This document shows positions 1 to 14,000 of a stretch of DNA of 64,000 bases, piece by piece. Each line of letters opens with the position of its first letter. Within the stretch, counting starts at the first letter, position 1. The DNA comes from Octopus vulgaris (taxonomy: Eukaryota), in contig OX597815.1 in NCBI GenBank assembly GCA_951406725.2, positions 79,422,001 through 79,486,000 on the forward strand, written 5' to 3'. A program made the translations under genes and the position numbers. The notes beneath the pieces are model-generated. The model made no database searches and was not told the DNA's origin. It saw nothing but the letters and a program-made list of their open reading frames with translations.

Positions 1-270
1 ATGTACACATATGAATATACATGCATTTGCACACATACATACAAATGTGCATATGCATGTTTGCACAAGAAAATATATAAGTATCAGCATATTTACTCAT
101 CCACCTAGACACACATACATAAATGCAGTTTTTTAAATGCATCAGCTCAAACTAAAGGCCTTTGTGTCACTGGAGTTCGCAGGAAAACAAAAACGAAAAT
201 ATTCTATGGACTGAGTTCTATGTCTTCAGTTTTTAAAGTGGACAAAATAATGGAAACATTACTTATTTAA

Positions 271-491
271 TTCCTTCGATACCAACCCAGCTGAAACCAG
301 CTCTGGCTCTGTAATACAAATGTCTTGTTTTCGTAAGTTTTGAATTAAAATCTTCCACCAAATCTTAGTCACAATTTATGTTCCTAACACTAGCTTAACG
401 ATAACTAAGTTGTTCTACTAAATTCTTTGTTATATTTAAAATAATTGAAAGAAACACAGAGCATCTCAAAATAAATACAGTAACGAAAGGG
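271..491. mobile_element. TTAA-flanked MITE (piggyBac-like ends)
   Basis: TTAA at 267-270 and 492-495. Imperfect terminal inverted repeats TTCCTTCGATAC ... GTAACGAAAGGG. A more decayed relative lies at ~26990-27200. Confidence 0.7.
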
Positions 492-649
492 TTAACTAGT
501 AATATGACAAATTCAAAAAAGTTATAGTCTATATATATACGTGTTCACATGCATTATGTATACCTTGTACATGATGAGATAACCTTCTGTTTTTCTTTTC
601 CTTTTTATTATTTATTTATTTATTTTTGCAGATATTTAAAGAAGTTAAA

Positions 650-976
650 ATGTATGACCTATCAGATTTTCAAAGAGGATAAATTGTTGGAGTGTGGCTG
701 GTTGGAACATCACCCACTAAAACTACTGAATTGTTTAATGTTTCAAGCAGTACAGTCTCTAAAATTATGCCAATATTCCAAAAAGAAAGTAAAACAAACT
801 CCGGCAAGCATAATTCTGGACAGAATGCTAAGTTCATAGAGAGGAACTGCAGAATAGTGTAACATATTGTGTCTAAAAACCATTGAACTACAGCAGTAAA
901 AGTGACAGCAGAGCTAAACAACCACTTTACCAACCCAATGTCAACCAAAGTCATTCATCATGAGCTCCATGGAAGA
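650..976 (+). pseudogene. Tc1-like transposase N-terminal (paired-like HTH) fragment with in-frame stops
   Basis: Frame from ATG 650 reads MYDLSDFQRG*IVGVWLVGTSPTKTTELFNVSSSTVSKIM...KHNSGQ...IVSKNH*TTAVKVTAELNNHFTNPMSTKVIHHELH, a typical Tc1 DNA-binding region. It is preceded by the T-rich acceptor ttttgcag (624-631). No DDE domain follows. Confidence 0.8.
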
Positions 977-1293
977 CTACAAATTGGTAGAATCAGACCA
1001 TCAACTAGAATGCCTTGCAGTATTTATCTCAGACCTCAGCACTCTGAGTTCAAATCTTCCTGAGTTCAACTTTACCTTTGGGAGTCCATAAATAAAGTAA
1101 CAAACTGTATATGACAGTTACAAATGGTTGGGCTGATTTAGCTTGGGAATTTCATTAAGGGTATAGAGATTTGTGGAAATTCATTTGCTTGCTTGTTAAT
1201 TTCACAAACGGAAGTTCAGTTGCTCTAACAACTGAATGTCTATTTCCAAAGGTTATGAAGAATCCACCACAGCAAGCATGTGTGTGTGTGTGA

Positions 1294-1670
1294 GTAAAAA
1301 GCACTGGTGTCATGTAAAAAGCACTGGTGCTGGTGCCGCATAAAAAGCACTGGTGCTGGTGCCACATAAAAAGTACTGGTGCTTGTGCCATGTAAAAAGC
1401 ATTGGTGCTGGTGCCATGTAAAAAGCATTGGTGCTGGTGCCATGTAAAAAGCACTGGTGATAGTGCTATGTAAAAAGCACTGGTAATGGTGCAATGTAAA
1501 AAGCACCCACTACACACTGTAAAATGATTAGCATTAAGAAGGACATTCAACCATAGAAACCAAACCAAAACAGACCATGGAACCTGATGTGATACTTGCT
1601 GTTGCCAGTTCCTATCAAGTCATCCAACCCATGGCGGCATGGAAAACACATTAAATGGTGATGATGATAA
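1294..1670 (+). mobile_element. SINE 3' part (Meta-like box plus RTE-type tail) with expanded internal minisatellite
   Basis: Diverged GCATTAAGAAGGACATTCAACC box and CAACCCATGGCGGCATGGAAAAC...GATGATGAT tail. Same family as 19164-19649. Confidence 0.75.
1296..1506 (+). repeat. 26-bp minisatellite, ~8 units (AAAAAGCACTGGTGCTGGTGCCATGT)
   Basis: Unit starts at 1316, 1342, 1368, 1394, 1420, 1446, 1472 and 1498, plus a shorter unit at 1296. Confidence 0.9.
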
Positions 1671-1790
1671 TAATGGAAACCTATACATATGTAAACCTAT
1701 AATTATATGCACAAGCATACATCTATACACTTCATATATATATATGCATACACAAACACATACATATGTATATGAGCACACACACACACA

Positions 1791-1879
1791 CATACATACA
1801 TACATACATACATACATACATACATACATACATACATACATACATACATACATACATACATACATACATACATACATAC
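1791..1879. repeat. (CATA)n microsatellite
   Basis: Perfect tetranucleotide run; source of the HTYI/MYVC pseudo-ORFs. Confidence 0.95.
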
Positions 1880-2473
1880 AAAAGACAAGTAAATTCAGCA
1901 AGCTGAAGGTTGTTAGACACCAGATGGCCGTGTGAATAAAATTGCAGAGAAACATCAACGTAACATAACATCAGTCTAAACACGTGTTTGTGTTTCAGTG
2001 AATGAAATCAATACTTTTTTCACAAATGTCTAACAACTTCATACAATGTTTCCTCAAACGGTTTTAGGATACTAAAAATATTTCATATTAATTCACATGC
2101 ACTGAGACGCTCACATGCGCAGATGCTCTATACACACACTTACACATTCTCATATATATGCACATGCACACACTTGTGAATAGACCTCATACTGTCAACA
2201 AATAAAGATTCCAATTGTTTTATCAAAGGTACTGGTAGCCTATTATATTATGACGATAGCACAACACTTGTAATGTGCTCAATGGTGAAACTCCATATGA
2301 AATTAATGATCAGAAGTTGAATCTCAGCCTGGGTACGTGTACGCAAATATGGAAAAAGTAACAACTAGTAAAGGATGTAACTCCATTCAAAATGTAGTAT
2401 TTTACAACAATGAAAATAACAAGCAAACAAAAGACAGCAGAAAACACCAGCTTTAACAGTTCAATGAAAATCA

Positions 2474-2712
2474 TCATATCATCATTAACATTTAATGTCC
2501 ATTTTCCATGCAAGCATTGGCAGAATAGCTTGACAAGAACTGGCAAGGCCAGGGGTCACACCAGGTTCCATAATTTGTTTTGGCTTGACTTCTATGGCTG
2601 GATGCTTCCTAATGCCAACCACTTTACAGAATGTACTGGGTGCTTTTTACGTGGCACCATCATCAGTGCTTTTTATGTAACACCAGCATCCACACCAATG
2701 CTTTTTATGTAG
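2474..2712 (-). mobile_element. SINE 3' part (Meta-like box, RTE-type tail), diverged
   Basis: GGCTGGATGCTTCCTAATGCCAACCAC and TTTTACGTGGCACC, the reverse complement of the family motifs. Confidence 0.75.
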
Positions 2713-4479
2713 ATAATGGTATTTTTACTGACTTATTGAGAAGTATAGTAGAATGCCCATGACCTTCACAAGTCTTCCAAGACTGGTGAGATTAAAAGGG
2801 TTGATGTTCAGCTTGAACATCATCTGTTGTAAAAATGTTAGTAGAGAGAATTTTTCAGAGAGTTCACATTCTACAGAAAAAAGACTGCAAAAAAATTTGT
2901 GCTGTATTTTGTGGAGGAGACACAGAATAGAGTAAACAGAGAGGTAGAAAGGGAAGAGTGTCACATAGGTTTGGATAGTGGTGATAAACTAATACCTGGT
3001 TTAGGTGCAAGTCCATTGTGGTACCAATAGATAGGCAGGGAGAACAGACTGGGGATGTGCATGTAATGTAACTGATGATGAAGATGACGACAATGATGGT
3101 GGTGATAGTAAAGATGTTTAAATGATAACGGAGATGATGTGAGTGTTATTATTGTTGCTGAGGAGGCTGGTGCTTAATGGATAATGATGTTGATGTGTGA
3201 CAATAATGTTGTTGAAGATGATAATGCATTGATTAACCTTCAAGTCAACCCTGATTAAGCAACCCCATTATCATAGCTGTTCCAACCATGACCAACCAAT
3301 CTGTTTCTATATCTAGCACTACATTGTCCAATGTGTCATTCTCTTTTTAAGACAGCTGGGTGTGATCTGTAGGAATCTGGCGACTATTTCTAGCAGACTA
3401 AGCAATTAGAATGTTGGTAATGGTATTGTGATGATGATACCGGTTATGGTGTTCTACTGAAGTTTGCTAAATCACACAAATGGCAGTTGTTGCCAAAACA
3501 ACAAATACAAAATAAAACCCACAAAATACACAAAGAACAGAAAAATATTGAAATAACAAATGAATAAGTAATGTTGTTCCATTTGGTCACTAATGTTTTG
3601 TCTCATCTTCTTTTGACAGCTTATTTTTGTTCCTGTTTGTTTATTCATTACTTCATTGTTCTCAACTGATTAAGAAAGCCAGTGAGCTATGAGTGTATTT
3701 CAAACTTGACTTAATAATTCATTCAAACAAATGATTTATGTAAACACTATAATAAAGACGCAAAATTTAATGAGAAAATCATCCAATCAAATATTCAGGA
3801 AATTTCTGATAAATTTTAACTGAAATTGGACATTTCATCTCAGATTTATGTTGGACTGATAAACAAGATTTACTGTGAGAAAAGAATGCATTGTTTATGT
3901 AGTCATTCTCCCAGCTAGAAATAGCAGCCAAATCTCCTTCACATTACACCCTACCACATCAGATTCAATAACATAGTCCTATACAAAGAAATCTGACAAT
4001 GATGAGATGGGCAATGCTAGAATGTCTTTGATCATAGGCCTGTTAAATTAGTGGTGATGTGAGGTTAAACAACAATCAGTTTTATAACATATTGAATTGG
4101 TAAGACATTTATTAGCTGTTTATAACATGTTACCAGTGCTATACAGTGTCCATATTTAAAAAGAAAAAGCACTTAGGTCTCAATGGTATAGCCTACTTAA
4201 CAATGAAAAGATACCATAGGATGTTTAAACTCAGTGACTGTTATATATACCTAGAAAATTTTGAGACTTTTAGATTGGAAAAAAAGCAACTGTTACTGAG
4301 CATAGACTAGTATCTTATCCAGGTAGAGATTTGCTTTCCATCTGCTTTATATCATTAACCAGAGCAAAGCAGTGATACTCAAAACATACTCACCCACCTT
4401 GGTCCACAAGGTATTTACATTTTTACATTATATATATATATAAATGTTTACATAGAAGCAAAATCTGAAATTGAGAGAC

Positions 4480-5290
4480 CTCAAAGTAAATTTAGCAACA
4501 ACTAAAGCTTTTAGTAAACAGAAAAGAAAGCAGAGCCCTGCTATAGAGTCAGAGAAATGGTTGAGTTTGATTTGAAGTAAAAGAACAGGTAAAATTTTAT
4601 ACAGTGAATTCAGTGCAACCACAGCTGCACTAGAGGTATAGTGGAATGACAGGCAGGCTGGTTAGGGAAGGTAAACTTCATTTGTAGCAGAAGCACAGGA
4701 GCAGTTAACAGTAAGAATATACATGAAATATATTCCTTCAAGTACTCAGAAGGCTGACTAGAAGTAGTTGACAGCTTTTGTTAGCTTGGTGAATTAATTG
4801 GCAGCAGCAGGTGTTCCAAAAAGATAATATCCAGAATAAGAGTGAGGAGGAAAAAGTTCTGGGCACAAATGATTTCTACCACAGACCAAAGGGAAAATTA
4901 GATGATGCATGGGTACAAAGTGTAATGCTGCATGGTAGCAAGTTATGAGCCATGAATAGAGATTTGCAATGGTTAGAAATTAATGAAGCAAGAATATTCT
5001 TCTGGATATGAGTTGTTAGTGTTCATAAACAACATAGGACAAATGAGCCACAAGAAAAGCTGGATATAAGAAGAATGAGATGCAATGTGCATGAATGAAG
5101 ATTACTCAAGCATGAGCATATGATGCATATACATGATTGTCATTTGAGCACTTGAGGTGGGTGGAATCTGTAAAAGAGGAAGGCCTAGAAAGACATGATA
5201 AAGTGGTGAAAACTGATTTCAAAAACTAATCTCATGAAATATAAATATAACAATAGGCCACAATGGGTGGTGACATGCAGGACCAGAGGA
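4480..5290 (+). mobile_element. Highly decayed RTE LINE 3' fragment
   Basis: Residual similarity to 53400-54130 (e.g. GAAGTAGTTGACAGCTTTTG, an EVVDSF-like motif; AGAGGAAGGCCTAGAAAGACATG, an RGRPRKTW-like motif). Confidence 0.6.
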
Positions 5291-8114
5291 GACATGTTCC
5301 ACAGTTGCAAACAAGGTTAAACAGCCATTCAGCCATTAAAATGTGGTATTGATGCTAGTTTGGATGCAGAATATATCTACGTTGGGTCTCTCAATCATCA
5401 TTGCCCTCTTTGTACCCATTCATCTATCACTCATGCCCTCTCCTACATATTTTATCCTGCCACCTGTGTAACAAACTGAATCAAAAACCAGTTTGAGGCA
5501 TAAATACACCTTGATGCATTTTGAACGTGTCTGCGCGTGTATGTGTACATGCATGTGTGTGCATGTGCACATGAAAGGCAACAGTGTTTATAACCAGTGT
5601 TAAGTCACTGAACAGATGTAGTCATTGAATTAACTCCAAGCTGAATAAGATGCTAGTCTACTGAAGAATATACTCTAAAAAAAAAAAATGAACTGTAGTA
5701 TGGAAAATTAAGTGACCTTCCTACAAAAATACCATAAAATCTTCAACAGAGATATGAACTCAATACATATGGGTTGATAACCCAATGCTTCATCCACTTA
5801 ACTAATTTTACATGCATTAATTATGAGAATTACTTGACGGATAGAACTGAAAGTTTTGTATTCCAAAATGAATAAATAAAAAGAACAAAAAATAACTACT
5901 TGTTGCTGCCATAACAGATGATTTGGCACAAGCATTTCCAAGACAACAGTAAAAATGAATAAGTAAATGAAAACGAAAAAAAAAAATACAAATTAAAAAT
6001 AAGCTGACAAATCGTTCTGTTCAGACAATATCATCTGTTCTGAAGTTGCTGAGCTGGGAAGTAATGGAAGATTATAAAAGAAGGAAAAACAAACAAAAAA
6101 AAGCCCACTAAAGTCATTAATTAATAGATACAAATGATTAATGATAATGACTATGAAGCTATGCAAATAATATTTCAGTAGCATTCAACTTGTTTTATAA
6201 TGGAAACTGGTCAAATCCTAGATCTGTCTTGCTAATTAAAAGAGAATATGCAACCTCAGCTAAATATCGGTAATACAATAAATGAAAAAAATATTATCCA
6301 TTAACTACCCAACAAAGAGACAGAAAAGTAAGGGCTTTTTCTCTCACATAGACATAATTAGTTTATCTTTAGTCTCATAAATTATTGGGTATTATTGGTA
6401 TCAATAAATACTTTGTTCTTAATGTTATATATGTATAGAGAGAACAAATCAACTTGACAGAATACATCCCTGAAACTTACTGGCCTCAACACTAAGAAAT
6501 ATTAGTGTTGTTTACACTGGTAATTTATTCTGACTCTACAAATACATATTTACAGTTGTTCACTGGGTCATCTGACAAGTGTTTTGTTCATTGATACAAC
6601 TAAGTACTTGCGACATGATATAAACTGTAAATTTCTTGATTGGTTGTTTGGGATCATATCTTTGGCAATCTATATTTTCATTTGATTTATTAGGGAGGAG
6701 AAATAAGATTGCGTGACTATTTCATTGACAGAATTAAAGGAGAGTGTTAAAGTCATGTGAAAGTTACTGTTGTGGGATTTTAGCTATGTTACTAATATGA
6801 CGTTAAACGATGATGATGATGATGATGATGATGTTATAGCCTACTGATATTTAGTAACTCACTGTGACTTGATTTATTATCCTACTACAGGTAATTAATT
6901 CTGTTTCTACATATTTTGGTTTAGTCAAAGAACAGATATGAACCAATGAGAGAATCTCAGTGTGATCACTTGACCTTAAGAAATTGTCTTCAAAATCATA
7001 GCATCTTAAAAAGGAAGGCCATATTGGATAATGCAATTCATGCTAGTTTGGCTTTGGCTATAGGTCTCCTTGATTAGAGCTGCTCCAAGGTTAAATAATT
7101 TCTGTAAAAGTGTCTGGTGACAGACTAGTACCAAAGAATCTGGTTCACTAAATTATGAAGTACAATAAACCCAGGATTGTCATCTGTCAGAGATTTAACC
7201 CTTTGCTATTTAACACAACAGAAATTAAGTTTTGTGAGGTAGATCTAAAACACACCACTTAGTTTAACACTATTATCTGGTTCTTGAGTACCTTTAATAG
7301 AGTTCACTTTATGACAAGCATTGAGATCAGACCAAGAGTTTCCACCATATCCACTTTCTTGCAGCAAGCTTTACCTCTCTTTGCATTTTAAAATTTATTT
7401 GTCCCAATTTTTTAAATAATTTCCATTCAAAATTATGTCTAAAAAGGCCAGCAGAAAAGCAACTGATGAGCGGAAAATTGGAAAGGAAACATTTTGTGCT
7501 CAGTACATTGAATACTTTTAATACACTTCAAGCAGACCCTGTTCTTACAAGAATTTTAATTTCTATTGGTTAAATACAATTTCAATCAATATTTTCATTG
7601 TTTATTCCATATTCTAAATATTGTTATACTTTGAAACACTTGCATCACCATGAAGTAGCCAGCAGACATTGTATCTTAATGACAAAGTGGGGAAGATGAC
7701 GATAAAAGAAGCTGAAATGCTTCGTATTCTTATTCTTTATTGTTGTTGTTATTTTTATTTTTCTACACTGGAAAATGAAACATTACAAGAAAAAAATAAA
7801 AATAAATAAAATAAAATATTGTAAAATTAAAATTATACAAATTTTTATTTTTTCAGTATTTGGTCTTATTTCTCAACAAAATGACATGAGATATAAAAAA
7901 AAAAAAGAAAAACATTAAATAAGGACTGCCTGTACATGCTACATCTAGTTTGATACTAGTTTGTCTGAATTACTTTTAACAGAAATACTACCTTAATCTG
8001 AGGTAAATATCCAAATTAAAGTATTAACTACTACAAAATGGGTGCTTAGAGTTTGTCTAACTTAATCATAAAGAAAAAGTAAATCAACATATATCATACT
8101 GAAATTATGTAAGT

Positions 8115-8417
8115 ATCATCATCATTGTTTAACGTCCGCTTTCCATGCTAGCATGGGTTGGACGGTTCAGCTGGGGTCTGGGAAGCCAGAAGGCTGCACC
8201 AGGCCCAGTCTGATCTGGCAGTGTTTCTTCAGCTGGATGCCCTTCCTAATGCCAACCGCTCCGTGAGTGTAGTGGGTGCTTTTTACATGCCACCGGCACA
8301 GGTGCCAGACGAGGCTGGCAAACGGCCACGATCGGATGGTGCTTTTTACGTGCCACCGGCACAGAGACCAGACGAAGCTGGCAACGGCCACGGTCGGATG
8401 GTGCTTTTTACGTGCCA
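8115..8417 (-). mobile_element. Young SINE 3' part (Meta-like box, RTE tail) with internal tandem modules
   Basis: ATCATCATC...TTTAACGTCCGCTTTCCATGCTAGCATGGGTTGG; GCTGGATGCCCTTCCTAATGCCAACC; repeated GTGCTTTTTACGTGCCACCGGCAC. Confidence 0.9.
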
Positions 8418-8739
8418 ATGCAGCAATAAACGGCCGATACTACAATAAACATGGATATGTCACCCAAATAGTTGCATACCAAGCTATACACACTCTAACA
8501 ATAACCAATTAAATGTGAAGCCTGAGAAATAGAACTTTGAGCGATTTATCATCATCTCATCCTCATCATTTTAATGCTTGCTTTTCCAGGTTTGCACGAG
8601 TCAGACACAGTTTATTGAGGCAGATTTTCTCTAGCCAGATGCCCTTCACCTGTTTCCAGGTAAGGCAATATTTCCCCATGACCAGATATATTTTCACAGA
8701 AGATTGGAAACAAAGGACACTGCTTGAAAACGCACACAT

Positions 8740-9073
8740 AAAGCATCCTGTACACTCCATGAAGTGGTTGGCGTTAGGAAAGCCATCCAGTCACAGAAAC
8801 CATGTCAAAGCAGACAAGAAAGCCTGGTGCAGCTCTCCAGCCTTGCTATCTCCTGTCAAAACCATCCAACCCATGCCAGCATAGAAAACGGCTATTTAAT
8901 GATGACAATGATGATGATGGGTTCCTTTCAGTTTCTGTCCACCAAATCTGTTCACTGGTCTTTGTTTGGCCCAGGGTTATAGGAGAAAATGCTTACCCAT
9001 GGTGTCACACAGTGGGACTGAACCCAAAACCATGTGATTAGGAAGCAAACTTCTCAACCACACAGCCATGCCT
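8740..9073. mobile_element. SINE tail (+, 8740-8918) abutting a tRNA-headed SINE (-, 8919-9073)
   Basis: GGTTGGCGTTAGGAAAGCCATCCAG and (GAT)n tail, then the reverse complement of the head GGCATGGCTGTGTGGTT...GGGTTCAGTCCCACTG. Confidence 0.75.
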
Positions 9074-9074
9074 A

Positions 9075-9722
9075 TTCACCCATTGGCATTTAAACTGGCC
9101 AGATCCAGCCTCTCACACCAACCCTACAATATCATTCTAAAAATACAGTCACATCATTGAAACCTCAAAGCTACAAGATAATCCATCAAAACATTGTGAA
9201 TAAATAATAAACATTTGACAGAGCAATCATCATCATCATCGTTTTAACGTCCGCTTTCCATGCTGGCATGGATTGGACGGTCTGACTGAGGACTGGTGAG
9301 CCAGAAGGCTGCATCAGGCACCAATCTGATCTGGCAATGCTTCTACAGCTGGATGCCCTCCCCAACGCTAACCACTCTGAGAGTGTAGTGGGTGCTTTTA
9401 CATGCCACCGGCACGAGGGTCAGTCAGGTGCTTCTGGCAAATACCACAGTCAAAAGGTGTTTTTTACGCGCTACCTGCATGGGAGCCATCCAGCGGCACT
9501 GGCAACAACTACGCTTGAATGTTGTTTTTTACGTGCCTCTGGCACATGTGCTGGTAAGGTGACGCTAGCATGGTGCTTTTCACGTGTCACCGGCACAGGA
9601 GCCAAACTGTGGCCCTGGCAATGATCACGCTCGGACATGTTTTTAACGCTCCACTGGCACGAGTGCCAATCAGGTGGCACTGTCATCGGCCACATCAGCG
9701 ATTTTGAATACTAAAGGGTTGA
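9075..9722. mobile_element. TTAA-type MITE interrupted by a minus-strand SINE (~9227-9705)
   Basis: Decayed ends TTCACCCATTGGCATTT ... GAATACTAAAGGGTTGA, with a SINE (ATC)n tail, Meta-like box and GTGCC modules in between. Confidence 0.6.
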
Positions 9723-10381
9723 ATTGGTCACAACTGTGAGAGGATTCCCTGGTGATCCCACCCTGAATTATCAGACTAAATTCTTTTAAAAACAATCAAA
9801 ATTTGGGTGTGGCACAAAAATTGAGCAGTTGTTGCTATTGGCAACATAAGTTGGAAGCTGATATTTCAGATTGATGATGGTGAGTGTGGAATTGGAAGAC
9901 AAGTATAAGGAATAATTGGAAGACAAGTATAAGGAATATTTAAAAATTAATACAAAGGACTAGCTACAGGTTCATATTTACATATATCATATACGTGTGT
10001 GTATATTTTCAGTTAATTTGAACTGCATTAAACTGAAATATTTATCTTAGATAAACATTTGAGTTTAAATATAGATTATTGCAAAAGAATGGACACTAAG
10101 AGCTAATGTAACTCACATATTCATTCTTGTTACATGCATGTGTATATTTGTATTAGATTTTAAAAAATTGATTTCTTTGAGGTATTATATGTAGTGTCAG
10201 AACTACAAGATTCAAAGTCATATTTAAAAAGAAATATTTTAGAAGTTACATGTGCACTATAAATCATATCACTAAATGGAATACATTAAAGTAACAAAAT
10301 GGAAGAGCAGGAAAAATTTTAGTGTTGTTATGGTGAGATTAGCCCTTTGTTACCAAATTTCTGCTGAAATACACTACCTCT

Positions 10382-10840
10382 TATCATCATTTAATATCTG
10401 TTTTGCATGCTGGCATGGGTTGGATGGTTTGACAGGAGCTGGCCATCTGAAGAGCTGCCCAGGCTCCATGTCTATTTTGGCATGGCTTCTATGGCTGCAT
10501 GCCCTTCCTAATGTCAACCACTTCACAAAGTGTACAGGGTGCTTTTATTCAGCATCAGCATGGGTGTTTTATATGTGGCACCAGCACCCACAAACCTGCA
10601 AGATTAGGAATGCTCAGCCGGAGAAGGATGCAAGAACATGCAAGGAAGCTGGAGAAGTATGCAAGGACAATCATACTTTTACTTAGCTTGACGTATCATT
10701 TCAAGCACAGCAAATTGCCAGGAGCTTCGATCCCTGTCATCCCCTCTTGTGAGTTCCAACATCTGTAGTTCCTTTCACAATACTTTGCCCCATATCTTCC
10801 TGGGTCTATCCTATCCACATGTTCCTTCTACAATTTGAGA
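10382..10840 (-). mobile_element. SINE/RTE-tail element, diverged
   Basis: TTGCATGCTGGCATGGGTTGGA tail and GCATGCCCTTCCTAATGTCAACCAC box, followed by RTE-like 3' sequence. Confidence 0.65.
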
Positions 10841-11062
10841 CTGAGGTTTTTGTAACTTGCCAAAAAAATCTGTGTACCCACAGGCAAAACTCAAAGTAGT
10901 AATAGACTGACCCAACCAAAATAAAATATTTTTTGCTTGAGCAATAGAGGATGTGAGAAACTGATGTTTGGAATGCATCAGCTGTTTCAAAATATGACTA
11001 AGTGGTTAAAAAGTTGACTTCTGCTGCATAGCATCTAAGGTTTCCTTCAGTTTATCTTTGCA

Positions 11063-14000
11063 CTAGCAGAATTGCCCGGCGATGCTCGGGGCTGAATTGC
11101 TTGAAAGTACTATTAACGATTGCACTGAATTATGATGATTATTCAGGCAAATATTGATATAAGTTTACGGCGAATGAATGTATTTGTAAGTGTATAGAAA
11201 GCCGTGTAAAGGGGTTCCTACTCCCTCATAGAATGGTTTAAGAATTGAATGCAAGGTTGCCTTGAAAAGAGCCATGTTATTGTTCTCATAATTGTAAGAA
11301 TTTGATAGTCGTGGAAGGCAGTGTAAAACGTTCGCAGGTGAATAGGGTCTCTTCGTTTTCCACGAACGGCAGCGGATGTGCTGTTACAAAACTTCATGCT
11401 GTGTTAAAAGAGAATGGATGCCCTATGTAGGCAAGAGGGGAATGAAGCATGGGTAAGTAAATATGGGTAATTTATAAAATATAGAACAATAGCATCTACT
11501 CACCATATGTCAGACCAGCAAGACTGTAGTGGTGCTGAATCGATGAATCACAACACAGTGGTAGAGATGTTTTCATTGATGGGCGTTATGATTAAATTTG
11601 TTGTTGTATAAAATGATCTGTTGCTTAGTTTCCAAAGTGTATGTTGCGATTGTGTTGTCGCTTATGTAAACTTTAACAGTGAGAGTGTAGATGTAGGGGG
11701 TAGATGTGTCATGTACATTGGATATAGAAGATGAGGCTGGTGGTTTGATGATGAATGGATAGAAATAGAGGTGAGCGAAGGACAGGTGTTGGTTAAGTGT
11801 GAATTGATGTCATAAAACGCCTAAAAATGTAAATGCCATCATAAAAGAGAGTCGTATGTAAGTGAAATACTAACGTGTTCGAAAATGATGAAACGTAGTA
11901 TTCCTATAAAACCTCCTTGTACACAATGTTTTTTGTTTTTCGTTGCGAGCAGGCAACATAAAGCTGACCATGAGAGAAACATGGCTCTCGCAAATGTATT
12001 CCCGCCACAGACAGTGTTTGACCCTGCGCTTTGTTAATTGACATTGCGAAACATAGCCTTACTGGGAACTAGGCGAAATATGAAAGGTAGGTCTGCTCCT
12101 GATGGGAAAAGATGCATCCTAGGTATGAGCACAACGTTGCCTCGACTGCCCCCTGTGATAATGGTGGCCTCAGTCAGATTGGGAGATAAGGACTTAATGA
12201 TCAAACATGTGCCATTGCATTGTTTTGGGGGAACCAAATTTCTAATGAGCACTATAGGGGCACCAACTTTAAGTTTGAGAATGTGTGGTGGTAGTCCAGG
12301 GGGCTCAAAGGAATTGAGTACCTCTATTGGATAGTTGATGATGTCCTCTGGGTCAGGAGTTGTATCGATAGACTTATATATATATAGACATCCCCAAGAA
12401 TGAGTTTTAGCATTTCATCATTAATATGGTGAACAGTTTTATTCCTCGGGGCCAGAATAGCCCTTTGGCTAATCCAATCCATATTCTGATAATTAGCTTG
12501 TAGATCTGGGAACACTGCATCTCTGAGATCAGAAGGCATTTTAACAATGGTACAAATGGAATCGATGGCAATATTACCATTTTCATCCCCTGGTATTTTG
12601 CCTTCGCCAAGTGCAAGGAGGGTGTGAGAAAATGCTGCTGATGTGATATCACGTCGCATATGAGCACGCATATTGGTGTGAAGTTTGAGAGTCTTCACCA
12701 GTGGCCACAATGTGGATGACTTAAGACACGCACTTACTGCATCAGCTCTAGTCCCTTTGGGAATAACGGGAAGTGTTTGTCGGAAGTCCCCTGAAAGAAG
12801 AAGTGTTATGCCTCCCATGGGAGCTGAAGAGTGTTTGATGTCTCTGAGAGATCTATCTAGTGCCTCAAGAGCACCTCTGTGGGCCATCGTGCATTCATCC
12901 CAAACGATAAGCTTGCATCGTCTGAAGACTTCTGCCTGATCGGAGCTGTTACTGATGTTACAAGTTGATGTCTTAGTCTTTGCTAAGTCAAGCGGGAGCT
13001 TGAAAGTGGAGTGAGCTGTCCTGTCACCTGGCAAAGTAGCCGCAATTCCAGATGATGCCACAGCTAGGGCAATGTCTTGTGTTCGCCTAATCTCAGCCAA
13101 TATTAATTTGTTGACAAAAGTTTTCCCAGTGCCCCCAGGAGCGTCCAGGAAAAAAATCCCCCCAGCTTTGGCCCGGACTGAATTAACAACGGAGTTGTAA
13201 GCGAACTTCTGTTCTGGAAGGAACTTTGGCTCATTGTCGGCTATGTACTCGGCAAGCTCGTCAACATTAAAACATGTCTCACGCAGCAAATGTGAAGACA
13301 GAGTGTTTGTGCCTTCCTGGTTTGTTGAAGGTAGGCCATAGACTGGCAAGGCACTACCGCCCATATCAAGTACAGTATCTTCGAACGTAGTTTGTTACCA
13401 CACAGCCACACCTGCCCCTATGTATGTGTGTGTGTGCGTATGTGTGTATGGGTAGATATATTATGCATGTATATATGTGTATATATATATGTGTACATAT
13501 TACATGTACATCTATATATATATATATACATCTACACATAAAATACAAAATACAAAGTTATATCTTGATATCGCTAGTGATAACAATACTCAAAATATAT
13601 ACCAGACTGGAATTGTAGGCCCGTCTCTTGCAATTTCGATTAATTGGATCTTGTCCTCCCTCTTGTATAGAAGTGTACGGCTACAGCGAAATTCATTTTT
13701 GGACTTTCTTCTATCGAAGGCATTTTAACAAAAATGCTTCCGTAAAGACGGTGAAAATATTGTCAATTTTCCCAAACAGAGAATTCAATTTTTAAACAAT
13801 AAACAAAGCCCCTTCTCCTAAAGGGGGAGGGTTACGGTTTACAATTATTTAACAAATGCAACACAACAACGTTTCCCTGATGAGGAACCAACAAATGTGA
13901 TTGCAATTGTCAAACAGTAATAATAACAACAAACCTTTTTAATTTATCCCCATTTATGTGAAACCACTTATTCAAGTTCAAGTCATTGATGCAATTTTAT

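Noticed and set aside
1296-1506. CRISPR-like array
   Set aside because: No unique spacers, no cas genes and a eukaryotic context; it is a minisatellite inside a SINE.
1620-1983. ORFs with MYVC/HTYI repeats (also YIYI, HHHH, YYYY ORFs elsewhere)
   Set aside because: Translations of microsatellites.
8158-8512. Recurrent LQLDALPNANH / CHRHR ORFs
   Set aside because: Incidental frames of a non-coding SINE, recurring at each copy.
9392-9665. Repeat-spacer pattern resembling CRISPR
   Set aside because: The repeats are degenerate SINE modules and the spacers are related to each other.
9890-9937. Short tandem duplications (also 38921-38969)
   Set aside because: Ordinary two-copy slippage duplications with no further structure.
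12324-13364. Host PIF1 gene
   Set aside because: Intronless, frameshifted and enclosed by Helitron termini.
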